A DNA stretch of 64,000 bases from Botryllus schlosseri (Eukaryota), in the NCBI GenBank assembly GCA_051294905.1, contig CM119371.1, forward strand, positions 31,436,001-31,500,000, written 5' to 3'. Under the pieces are notes generated by a model. The model saw nothing but the letters and a program-made list of their open reading frames with translations, was not told where the DNA came from and did no database searches. The translations under genes were made by a program, and so were the position numbers. Shown here one piece after another: positions 48,271-60,700 of this stretch (position 1 is its first letter; each line of letters begins with the position of its first letter).

Positions 48271-51200
48271 TTATGCTATAGAAAGAATATTGAATATATA
48301 TAGTTCATAACGCGATATCGGAAATTGTCGGTTGACAAATCCAACATAGGTTTTCTTTTGACAACTTAGATTCAATATTGACCGGGAGTCATGCTTGTTG
48401 TATACTCAATGCCATGCAATATAGTCTGATGTTAGCTGGCGCAATCGCGTGGTAAGACTGAAAAGTACCAATATTGCAATTATGTAGTACTCAACCTCAT
48501 TTTCTGGATAACACTGTATACGCATACATAACATATCTAACGACCTCTACAAAAGAGTTTTCAAATTGATTTCTTCTATTGTTTCATATTGCTCCATAAT
48601 TTCAAGTATATATCTCATGTTATTCTAGCTATAGTAAAAATGCAGAAAAATCAGCGTCAAACTTGATGTATATTCTGATCATCACAAATCAATAGAGAAT
48701 AGATACTCACTTTCTGTTAAACTCAGGCACCAATAAATAATATTAAAATTTCATTGTGAATTCTAAATTTCTTTCGCCTAAACTAAAATAGGACGTAGAA
48801 AATAAAGAGAACGAAAGCTTTTGCGCATCACACTCTGAGAGATGGGCTTCCAGAAATAATATGATAGTTTTCGCATGATGTTCGAAACAAACTGATTGAC
48901 GTAGAAGAAATATGAAGTGATTATACGCCAAGTTTGTACAGGTCATTGCAAAATAGACAGCGTTGGTAGTAATCGATCAATGAATGATCTAAAACCGATG
49001 AGTGCTGTTCAGGTCAATATGTGTTACGTCAATACGTACTGTATTTAGTTTTGATAATACGGTTCGTTGACGAATGCGTACTAAAAAATCCTTAAGTTGA
49101 GTAACATTTCATCGTAAAACATCGCAAATACTACTCATCTGTATTTGAACCATTACCGCCAGAAATTCCTATTGACATTACTGCGTTCTCTACAACTTAT
49201 ATCCTCGTTCGCATTGAGATGATGTCATCGCATTCCAATTCTGTGCGTCCAGATTGCATTTACATATAGCAATGTGATATGATGTAATCCTGTGCTTCTC
49301 AAATCTTGCGACACAAAACATTATCCGTTGGTCAGAGATGGATATAAGCGAAGGTCTATCGATTGCACAAGGACGTTTAACTCGTTTTCAATACCCCTTA
49401 TGCCATCGCTAGCTTGTTGTCCCGCTGCTTCCGATAACTTTGCTATTACTCTCGACTTTGTAAGAGTGGTTATAACATCACAAAAACTCGATTCTCTTGA
49501 TATGCGTTTTTCTCTTTTATCTTCTACCAAGGTGGCTTTCAACCAGGAGGTCGCGAATCTCGCGGTGGTCGAGCGAATTTTTGCTGGTGGTCACGAAGGT
49601 GGCCGTTAGTATTATCGGTGCCGACTTTTCTAGTAATCGCCTTATAATACTTGGAGGTCGGTCACGGAGCATTTCCAAATGATAGATTGAGCCATGACAA
49701 TGTTGCAAAGCGCTTTTTCAGAGATATACTATCAAATTATAGAATGCTTGGATAATACTGTGAGGCGGTGGGTCCGATATTTTGGTTCCTGTAAGCTTTG
49801 GGAATAATCGTGTACCTTATTGAATTCATTAGCAATCGATTATTAAGTTTGGAATACAGTCGAGTAGCGCTCATTATGATGTCATATTATTGTGCATTTT
49901 GTGACATTGCTGCAGGTTGAACATGAATCAACGGATACGTCATTTTAACTGACACGCGTATAGCTGTTAGTAGGCTACATGTTTTGGAACTGCGATTCAA
50001 CCTATCGAGGTTTCAAGTCTTCTGCGGTCTGAAAAGATTCGTTAAAACGACAATTCTAGTTGTAAATGGAAAAAAGCTTATATTTTCAGTACTCGCATAA
50101 TTCGTCTTTCACAACTCGAATCAAAGCATTACAATTACTACTCGATTGGGATTTGATCACTCGAATCATTGCGCCGAGCCACAGTGATTATTTGGTGCTG
50201 TATCTTTCTACAGCGATGCTTCTGTCGCATTTCTCGATTAAAACTGTTAAGCCACGATAGGCGTGGCTTCAGAGCCTGCTTACCTCACTGAATTTATTCT
50301 GATTGCATGATACCTATTGACGAAGACAGTTGGCAGAAACCGGCTTTGTTATCTTCAATGAATTGTAAAGCGATAGCTGTTTATTATGAACGTGAGGGTA
50401 AAGGTTTCAGCTCTTACTAAAACACTGGAAGGACACAGAATAAAATGTCGTCTTTGTGATGCGAAAAGTACATGCTCTCATATAGTATATTCAAGTTGCT
50501 ACCTAAATTCAAAATGGGTGTCATAGCATACGTCGCAGGTATCAATTTATACTTTCAATGCTCTGCATATAGTTCCATGTATGGGTATTGATGTCATATA
50601 TGGAGCTTACTAAACGACATATATGAATCACTAATATGCTGTCAATTTAGTTATCAAATCCATTAAATATTTCGAAGAGTAACCACCCATAAAGATGTTA
50701 ATCCTTCATCAAAATCCCCAAGGTCATAAACTGTTTGTTTTTGTATGCCTTGCTATTCCCGCACAAAAAAATTTATCACATGACCAAATGTATTCTTCAA
50801 ACGCCATAGAACTCTACTCAATAACAAGCAGAATTAGCCAAAAGTACTTCAACTGGAAATGAAATCTGAAAGTTTGAAATATACTTTAGCAAGTAGTTTA
50901 AGAAAGCATACGTATGTAGCATACGTTTAGCAGTTTACCGGAAGTCGCTATGTTAGTAATTGCAAGATACATCTTACTGACTGCATGGCGCCATATGATT
51001 ATTGACACAACAAATAGGTGCATTTTAGCAATATCAGAATTTATTTACTTAGCGTGAAACAAGTGGCTATTTCGTGTAGAACGTATATATATTTTGATGT
51101 AGTATAAAATTAAAAGCACTCAAGTGAGTATATTGCAAGCAGGCAAACCCTTCAGAATTATTCCGAAAAAATTGAAGTACTTCGTCTTCGTTACTGACTA

Positions 51201-51408
51201 TCTCTGGTGACCGCCCATAAAGTGTGAATATCTTCCATCTGAGTACTCGACTGAGAAATTGAACAAATTTGATTTACGACAATTTTTTTACACGATCATT
51301 TATTATGTAGGCCCGATGATTGACATTTTATCTCCATTATACATACACATATATCATTCAAATTCAGAAAGACATTTTCGATCTCAGCTTCTGTCCTGAC
51401 AGTGCACT

Positions 51409-51596
51409 TCATCGGTCAGTCATTGCCACAGCCTCGGTCTCGCCCGGAGCTGGAGCCGGTAAAGGTCTTCTGATTCTCTTTATCTTGTTCCAAACGATTT
51501 CAGAAAGATTCGAATAGAGCAGCGGATTCAACGCACTATTTATGGGCACGACGAGCAAACCTGCCGGCAGATACACATCTTTCGGTATGTCAACTC
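51409..51596 (-). CDS. Gene 1 TM7 and C-terminal exon
   Basis: GVDIPKDVYLPAGLLVVPINSALNPLLYSNLSEIVWNKIKRIRRPLPAPAPGETEAVAMTDR*. Confidence 0.92.
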
Positions 51597-54500
51597 CTGC
51601 ACGAAATAGAAATGATATGTACTGGTTCATCAGCTATTTATTCATTGTTTAATAGTTTACAACATCATAGAGCCGATATATCTCTAAATTGAAACATGTG
51701 TATTGTGAACTTTTGATTAACATTATGGATATTCAGACGATTCACGCGAGGAAGCGTTTCCATTGTCATAAATAGAATATACTGAAAGTCGAATGGAGAA
51801 AAGTTTTGGATTATCTTATGCATTTTTATTAACCAATGGTAGAGAATATACTAAATAGAGGTCGACCGATCATCGACCCGGCCGATTATCGAGGCCGATA
51901 TTTGGAACTTTCCCGAATATCGATATCGGCCTATGAAGGCGGATATTTTATATATAAAAAAATTCAAAAATATTGGAAATTCAATGCTCCGTGTTCTCAA
52001 TCTCAAGAAATCGACGACGCAAAGGGCGATAGGTGACAGATTTGCCCTTACATGACGAGTTTAACTGGGTGAGCATGCAGAGAAACTATGCTTCCTGCAT
52101 TACAATCTACCTCTACATGACTGATCTGCAATTCTGTATCACCTGTTGCATTTTGGGTTATTCCAAATTCCAAGGAATGTGCACAATTATTCAATAAATA
52201 TTTTTAATTTCAGTTTTCTCGTTTGTTGTTCAGCTTTCTGTCGTATGTTCAAGCGCTATCTTGCCTAATATATAATATTTTTGGGCAAATAGTTTTCTGC
52301 TCCTTCCATATTAATATCGGCCTATGATCTCGGTTATGGGCCTTGTCAGTGTGTCGGTAGTCGGTATCGGCAGTAAAAATCAATATCGGTCGACCTCCAA
52401 TTCTAAATATGCGGAATTATTCCATCGATAAAAGTAGTTAGCGCACACCAAAATGCATACACGTCTCGTGTAGCGGTTTTGTCTTTCATCAAGATATAAA
52501 CTGACAATAGAACTACTCTCATTTCGCAATATGCCCGATGATGTCTTGACCAAGTGGAAATCTTTTCAGCCGTTGTTGAATATATTTCTTGAATCTACCT
52601 AAGTATTGTAAGAAGTGTAGAAAGTAAGATAAAATCGCTAAAGTTTTTATAGCTGAATTCAGGTAATATGCCTTTCAGAACGAATTGAAGATTCATATTC
52701 CCGCGAGAAAGTAACATGAGCATAATTCCGTGATTGGTCTTTTTGCTGCTCAATTCTCAAGCAATTGCGGCGGGGGTACCGCCATTCACACTTTTATGGT
52801 CTCGACCATAAGCCACACATGTTCTACTTACGGATGGTGCGAACCTCTGAAAGGTTCAGATTCGTGTGAACGCGAACGTGAACCTCATGCCGTCACGTGA
52901 GGTCATATTACTAATTCCAACCCTATATCTCAGTGAAGCGATGGCCTATGTTAATGTATACGATACCTAGCGACGACTCGAGCCACATAATGCGACAATG
53001 CTGAAGTACATATTGACGTTTTAAACGTTGCAAAATGTATCAAATGATATAATAATGCCATAAAATCATAATCTTCCGTCGCTTTGCCAACAACTTCGAC
53101 GAGGACTCGCAAGGAAATATAAGCTAACGCCGTTACAATCCAGGCCAGACCGGACAATGTATTAGGCGTCTGAGTATTGCTACGTTGATATTGAGCATGG
53201 AATGTGAAACGGGCTTATATAATTGCTACCGATATTACCCCATAAACAAGTTATACAACATTGACCAACACCCAAATCGCACGAATTTGGTTTTAATGAT
53301 GCAATACACATATGAAGTCAAGATGGACCCCGTACTCCTGCTACATATTTCATATCAGACAACGATATCAATATCATTGATTGGTTGAATAAGCATCAGT
53401 CGCATGTAGTGTATTTCGCTCTTAGTGTTGTGTGATTGCGGGTCAAACTCACAGCAGAGAGTCACAAACGCAAAGCTGGATATTTCGAGCAAACTTTTAT
53501 AACAAAGCAAAAAATTTTTGTGATTGTCAAGGTGCATGCTCGTTTAGTGTTGATTTTTTTCATGCTGACAATGCCATGCATAGAGTGGCTCGCAGTTGAA
53601 GTGCAATAAATTTCAACCAAAGATGTTATAGTGAAGCGAAAATAGTAATATATGAAAAATGTTAACAGTGCAGAACCTACCAAGGTTCCTTTGTGAACGT
53701 GAACCTCTAAATTTCTGAGGTTCACACACAAAACGCGAACGTGAACCTCACGTTCACATCATCCCTAGTACCACTTACCATTGAAACTCAAGAAGCCGAT
53801 GATACAAATCGGTATCCAGCATAAGGAATCAGATATCACTATTCTTGTCAGCTTGCGCTGCAGTCTCTTGCTCTCCTTATTATTCTTTTCTTCGCTGGCG
53901 TTTGTCTCATTCACTGTTGAAGTAACCATGGCATGTCTGCAAAAATAGGGCTAGTCGAACCCGAACTACAAACCGGATAAGTATTCGACCACCGTTCACA
54001 CTTTCATCTGTGTGCCTTGAAGTCGACTTTTATCAAAATGCACCAACCAAAACTCTATCAACAAAATGAGTTCGTGTACCACCTAAAGATAGTACATTAA
54101 ACGCTCTCTCATTCGAGATTTCATGCTGGTGACGTCATATTTTGTGATACGATTGTTGATATACAATGTTCTTTCCAATTCTCTACTAGTTGCTGACGAT
54201 TACCACTGACGAGCGTCAGCCGAAAATATTCGGGCTCATCTCAATATGAATATACTATTCAATGGTATTTGACCACGCACACTGCAAGCTAATTTATTCG
54301 AATTGTTATATTGGAACCACAAGGACTTACCTGAACAATAAAACGTAGCAAACGAGCATGTAAAGAAAAGCTACAAAATTCAGAAGCAGCAGAAAGAATG
54401 AATATCCCCAAGCCCTGTCCACGGATGGATCGGGGAAAAAAGTCGGAAGGCAAACACCGTGACTGGAATAGTATCCAAATTCGTACGCCACTGTCATGTT

Positions 54501-54762
54501 CGGGTTTACGTCAAGAATCATGTTATTTAATCGAATCCACTCAGTAGATCTGCAAATATATTCGTAGAACTTAGAAAAGGGTTATCCACATGTTCTACTA
54601 TGCGTACCCTTCTTGGGGCTTGGAAGTAGTTTGAATAAGGTTGAGCCACTGTTCCATATACTGAATATCTTGATACTTCAACACCTTGAACATTCGGTTT
54701 TCGTTGAACCTTTAATATACGAATATAGGCTATATGTGCATACAAGTTCAATACATTTGATT

Positions 54763-54798
<36 letters not shown>

Positions 54799-57700
54799 TG
54801 GTTTATTAGCAATTTGATCAGTTCAATACACCACAAAAATGCGATACAATCAAAAGACAGGAAGACGTCGAAGCGACTTGGAGTGGTCTATGGAATCAGA
54901 CACCCACCTTGGCCTAGGCCCTAGGCGATGTAAAAAGGAGGCATGCACACTGAATGAAAGTAAAGAAGATAGTATAGATAAAACTACAAGAAATCGGGCG
55001 GCATGTCATGGGAAGCGAGATCGATAGGTCAGTCGTGGTCCGGTAATCTTGAGGATGGACTGTATTCATTTAGTAGTAATTGTTTGCATTTCGACTTGAA
55101 TGTGGACATGCTCGTCGACTGTCGGATGACCGGCGGGTTACCGTTCCACACATCAGGTCCGGCATATTTGAGAGAGCGATGATCTTTCCGGTCGATCATA
55201 TGATATTTGGACGACGTGGACTCGCGTTTGTTGTACTTGTACGCTTTTGATTCCGAGGTAAAGACGTCATTGAAATATTCGGGACAACGACCGCAGTGGT
55301 ACAGATACATAAACGTGGCGATCCAGCGTCTACAAGATATATTTAAAGCGATGCGAAGTTGACGTTCGTAACGTCTCGTGATTCTTGGAAAATCAGTCGC
55401 AAATATATTGCTGGGTATGGTTGAGATCTCCATGTGTAGGCTATTAACGAAATGTTGGAAGTGTTATCGGAGTAATGTTCGCTTTGCAATTTCGTTATGC
55501 CATAAGTTATATGAAAAGGTACTTAACCCAGGAACAATTCAAAAGTTATGGAAACAAATTATGTTGCAATTGTTACACATGGATAAGCGTCAGCAATAAT
55601 GGGTTATGTCATTGTCAGTCGGTTCAAGGTTTTATTTGCTGCAGTAAAGAAATAGATGATGTAGGCTACATAGTTGCTGATGTGAAGTATGTGTTATTTC
55701 ACAACATTCCTGAAAGTCTGCCATTTGGGCCCGAAAATAAATTTCACAAATCTCGCAGTGAATATAGAGTGCAAAAATACTTAATTCCAAACATTGTTGT
55801 CACAGGTATAATTGCTTTGAATCACAATTATATAAGCGTGTTCAGTGACCCGCAATCAGGTGGATACTTACGAAACGCTGCCCACAAAGTAATCTGCCAT
55901 ATGCGGAAGGAGGGGGATTATGCCAAGCAATATCGATAGAAACCATGAAATCGAAACTGCCATGGTTGCGACAGCAAGGCGTGGTCGAGAAAACGGTCTG
56001 AAAATAATGAGAATCAGCAGAAAATCATGGGTATAAAAGAAGATCGACCAAACTGAGCATTGAATAATATATAGCCACGACTATGAAGCATTATAAATTT
56101 GAGAAACGATCAGAAATGAAAATATTTGCTGCTGAAACGATTTTTACTTTCATTTTTTGTAGTTATAATCTCTCATATGTTTACACTATATACGCATGGC
56201 TGCAGCACCACAGCTGCACTGATTCGAAATTTTCACTACCAACCATGGCGTCCTACAGAAGTGCTGACAAAACAAAGTGCAGTGACTTGCAGCCGAGTAT
56301 GCATTTTTCACTTGCTCGTGAGCTGCGGCATCGATTTTTCAAGAAAGAATAGTTGCATCACAATGCCAAACCCCGTCACAATGCAAAATTCAAGGATTAT
56401 TTCAGGGATGATACAGGTTCACGAGAAAAATATTTTTTATATTACCGTAATCAGTACCGCGGTAGCTTTCGACTGATATCGATATAGTATCATATTTCGC
56501 GCTCGGCCAGGCCAATTTAAATAGTACCGTAAAAGTGCTTTAGTCATATGGAGTTAATGACGTAACGCTGTGGAAAAACTATTTCTGTAAGTTACTGACG
56601 TAACAGCCAGATTGTACCTAAGCACTGGCATTTTTTGACCAGTGGCACACAAGATCGATATCTAAAACATTATTACAGTTCTGACGTCATAGCAGGGGGC
56701 ACTTAAACCCTCATCTCGATTCAAAATATCATATTCGAATTGTGATCGAATTCACCAGACATGCCTATTCGGACAGTCATAGATACCACCCTTTATTACA
56801 CTTATCCATTTTCGAGAGTTCTTAAACTTTTTCGGATTAAATGAAGCATAACAAACCTCATAACAGAGTATAGTCTGTGGCTTGCAATGATTACCATTGT
56901 GAAGACGGATTGCTCGGACCCAATGACCATGATCGCACCCAATGCCGAACAAGTGCCACTACTTCTCCATTCGCGATCGACCTGACAATAGTCGCTGTCA
57001 GTTTGTGAAGCCTTTATGGATATTGAAAAGGCATAAATCTGAAAAAGTGCCATGCTTGTTGTCGAGTTTTGATTCTAAATGGCATCCACATCCTACTCAC
57101 TCCCACCAGTAAATCAGAGAATGATAGGCTTAATATCAATCTGTTAATGAGCTTGGTGCGTCTCGAAGTGCTTGCCACATTATCGGATATTAATGGTTTG
57201 ATTGCCGCCAGAATGGTTATCACTATCACGGCTGTACACCCGATCACCGCCCCTAAGCCTGAGAAAAATAAATAGCAATGATGGTATTTGTGGAAAGCTA
57301 TTTTACGTTCGCAAATCCCCAAAATGAGATATGACGTTCGTTGTCGCGTAATTCATTGCCGCACTACTATGGACTGTATAAAATTCAAATTTCGAAATTT
57401 TGTGCACAATTTCAACACCAAAGCGATTTGATAGGTTAAGACGTTCTAGCGATATTCTACTGCTTAATGAAATAAATAACAATCTTTTACTCATTGATTG
57501 ATTGCTCCTAAGTTTTTCTTGTAACAAATACCAAATGAATTTTGGTAAGATGATGATAATTATTTGCAAGTTGGATACAGCAACATGAAACCATCCGGCT
57601 TACTTATTATCCAGCTGAGCGCAAGAATCGCTTTACTAGTTATCATCGATTTTTCATCTGAAAAAGCACTGTCAATGCATCCTGGCTGACATTCATCGAT

Positions 57701-60700
57701 TCCGGACTTGCAATCCTTAATTCCGTCGCACACCTGCAATTGACTGACAAAATTTGAATTGAGTTGCAGTACCTTTCACGTCAGCGGCCGCAGATAGACC
57801 AGGCATAGCGTGTATGTCAATTAATATCGTGCGATACCTTAATGCAAGGTTAACTAATACGCGGCCCGCGATCTGATTTGAGATTTTAGAGGAACACTCA
57901 GTAAGTAGTACGAAACGCTGTAATTGATCTCAGTTTCAATTGTTGTTGTTGTTTTAAAATAAGCTATTCGCGTGTGCCCAATCTGGCTAGTCCGCACTAT
58001 AGCTGAAACGACTTCGGTGATGGTAACACTATCCGATGATGTGAATGGGTAAGGGTATATTATTGCCTTGACCTTGACATGCAATGGCCCAGACACTGCC
58101 AAGACCGAGACGCTTAGAAAACGGCTTAGGACTTTCCCACAATATCAAAGGCTTAAGGATGAGATAGTCTTTAAGTTAGTTACGTGTCTCGCTAGCACCT
58201 ATATCGATTCCTTAGTCGCTGAAAAGCGTTGTCAGGTATCGTTCGCAGCTCATAGTTCAAAATAAAATGAAACTGATGATTAGGGCAAGTTGTCGCAACT
58301 TTTGAAACTTTTATCACGGCTTCCGATAGCTTCCTAAATACTCAGAACTTATGTAGTATGGGTTTTTAAGCTGTTTGGAGGAGTCTTATATTGCAACTTT
58401 TTGCAACTTTTATCCATTTTTTCATGCAACTTTTCCGATTTTTCATGCAACTGACTTTTTACTGGAAATACTTGGCACAATATTTAAATAGATCACTCAA
58501 TTATTTATTTCACTGCCATTTAAATTTGGAGTCCTTTCTGATTTGACGCACATTCAGGATAAACCGCCGAAAATTATATATTCACTGGGTCAATTTGTTC
58601 ATGCTATTGAATTGGTTGAAGTCGCCACCACTGAGTTTTACTGCAGTGCCTTGCATACGGATCGATTCTAGTATCTCAGACCCTAATAATTTCAAGGAAC
58701 TTTTCCATATATGCAACTTTTCACTGCCACTTTTGTGAAAAATAAATGCAACTTTCCACGGATTTTACTGCAACAAAAACTTGCCCTACTGATGATCATT
58801 ATGGGTCTTTTTGTAATTGTACTTCTTCAATAAAATATTACTTCTTTGCGGTAACTATGCCTATCGCCCATGATTGGGAGCTATACCAACGCTAAGTTTA
58901 AAACGTGGTTGCTCGAATGTTCGGCCTATTTTGTCTAGATATTGCATTCCTGCGGCCCGCGGCCTCTACAAAATTGGCAAAGTGGCTCACGACTAGTTTT
59001 GAGTTGGCGACCGCTGTCGTAAGGTATTTCGATCAAAATGTCGACACTAATGATTTATAATTGAATTGATATTCGCAGCAACCCTGGCTGAATCGATCTA
59101 AGATGTAAAATAACTTAAGTGTTTTCGCTCTAATATTGACCCCTTTTACCTCCTTGCATTATAAAACTTGTAATTGATAGTGTAATTCGGTAATAGCAGC
59201 CTGGCCTGGAGTCGCACATTTTTAGGGGTCTGGAGGTACCGCAGTAAACCTCCCCCCGTAACGCTCGTGACAGTACTGTGGGTTTGCACCACAGCACGGC
59301 GTCACAAGCGCCGTAACGGGGTCCCAAAGCACCCAACTCGGTCTCTTTTGTTTTACCGTCAAAGTTTCCATCTGGCTTAGGTACAAATGGCTGGCACAAG
59401 CAGGCTTTGAATGGGGGCGTCTGCGGCCACTGATCCCTTTCGCTACCGTGCTTGTGTCTGGGAAGGACAGCCTTGAACTACGGGCTGCATCACCGGGGTC
59501 GGAATATGAAGACCTGGCGGCCATACTCTTCCTGGGTTCTTGAGACAGTGATTGGATAGTATTTTGGTTGGACCACTAGGGTTTCGCATCGCCCAGCGTC
59601 CAGGATGGCAATGCTTACTTTAATACAACCAAATACTCACACATACCTAGATACGACTCCATAACTGTCTTTCAAAGAAAAGGGTACAATATGATTTCGA
59701 CATGCAAATTATCATATGATAGGTAGGCTACATGGTTTTCAGTATCGCGTACGAATTGAAATTGTTGTAATATAGTTACGTTATCACGAGAAATATACTG
59801 CAGACTTCCGTCATCTCTACAGCTGAAATGGAAACATCCTTCCTCGTCTGCTGCATTATCGCAATCCTAGAAAGATGAAATGAATTGTAAGCCGGGTACT
59901 ATAGCATCTGGGCATTTATCTGGAGCAGGGGTCACCACCACGGTGCCCGCGGGAGACAGGTCGCCCGTCAGGACAAACGGAATCGCATGCAGTCGCAGTA
60001 GCAAATATTCAAATGATAGCTGTGAAGATCGAAGGGACGAAGGGTTCCATATTAACAGTAGTTAAGCATGGATTACTTGACCCTTAAGGAATATACGAGC
60101 GCAGTTTTTAATCAGACGTTGCTCGTTTACGTACACGCGGAGGCAGAACAGGAATCTATAGTTCATATTCTCGAGCTTCGATGCAGAGATTGCGCTTCGG
60201 CGCGTAATGCAGCTTAATTCGAAGGCGCTGGTGTGACTTATCTGTTCTTGTCAAGGAGCGGAAACCCTGCCCCGTGCTCTGAATGTTTAAGTTAAGAAAT
60301 CCAACCTAGCACGGGTAAACAGCGAGAGTAACTGACAGTTACCCCTCCGAATTAATCAGTATACCCAAGAAGTAGCTCTTGGTTTCAAAAAGGTTGGTAA
60401 CATCTAATCTAGATATTCATCAACTACATCAAAGGCTGGCCATCACGCCGTAAGTCGATACTGTTAGCATAATCATGAATCGACTGATCGGATGTGACAA
60501 TGACGAAAATCGAAATGCTATACTGATACGGTGAAATGCCCATAATAAATTCCACCGAGGAGACTTTCAAAACAGTACACTTTGAAAACTGCAGGGCTCC
60601 GCAAAGTGAAGTACCTGGCTGATACGATCCGAATGGAGCCGGTCATTCGAGTACCAGCCATTATGGCATCATATGATGAATAATGAGCAGATAACCTCAC

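Noticed and set aside
49292..49708. Intergenic ORF cluster as a small gene
   Set aside because: No recognisable motif or splice pattern; part of it resembles a MITE terminus.
54521..54607. Apparent frameshift or stop in the GPCR (pseudogene)
   Set aside because: Resolved by a 58-nt GT-AG intron (54550-54607) that keeps the frame open.
54613..54924. Poly-His ORF on the plus strand
   Set aside because: It is the (CAT)n tail of a LINE read antisense and overlaps a GPCR exon on the other strand.
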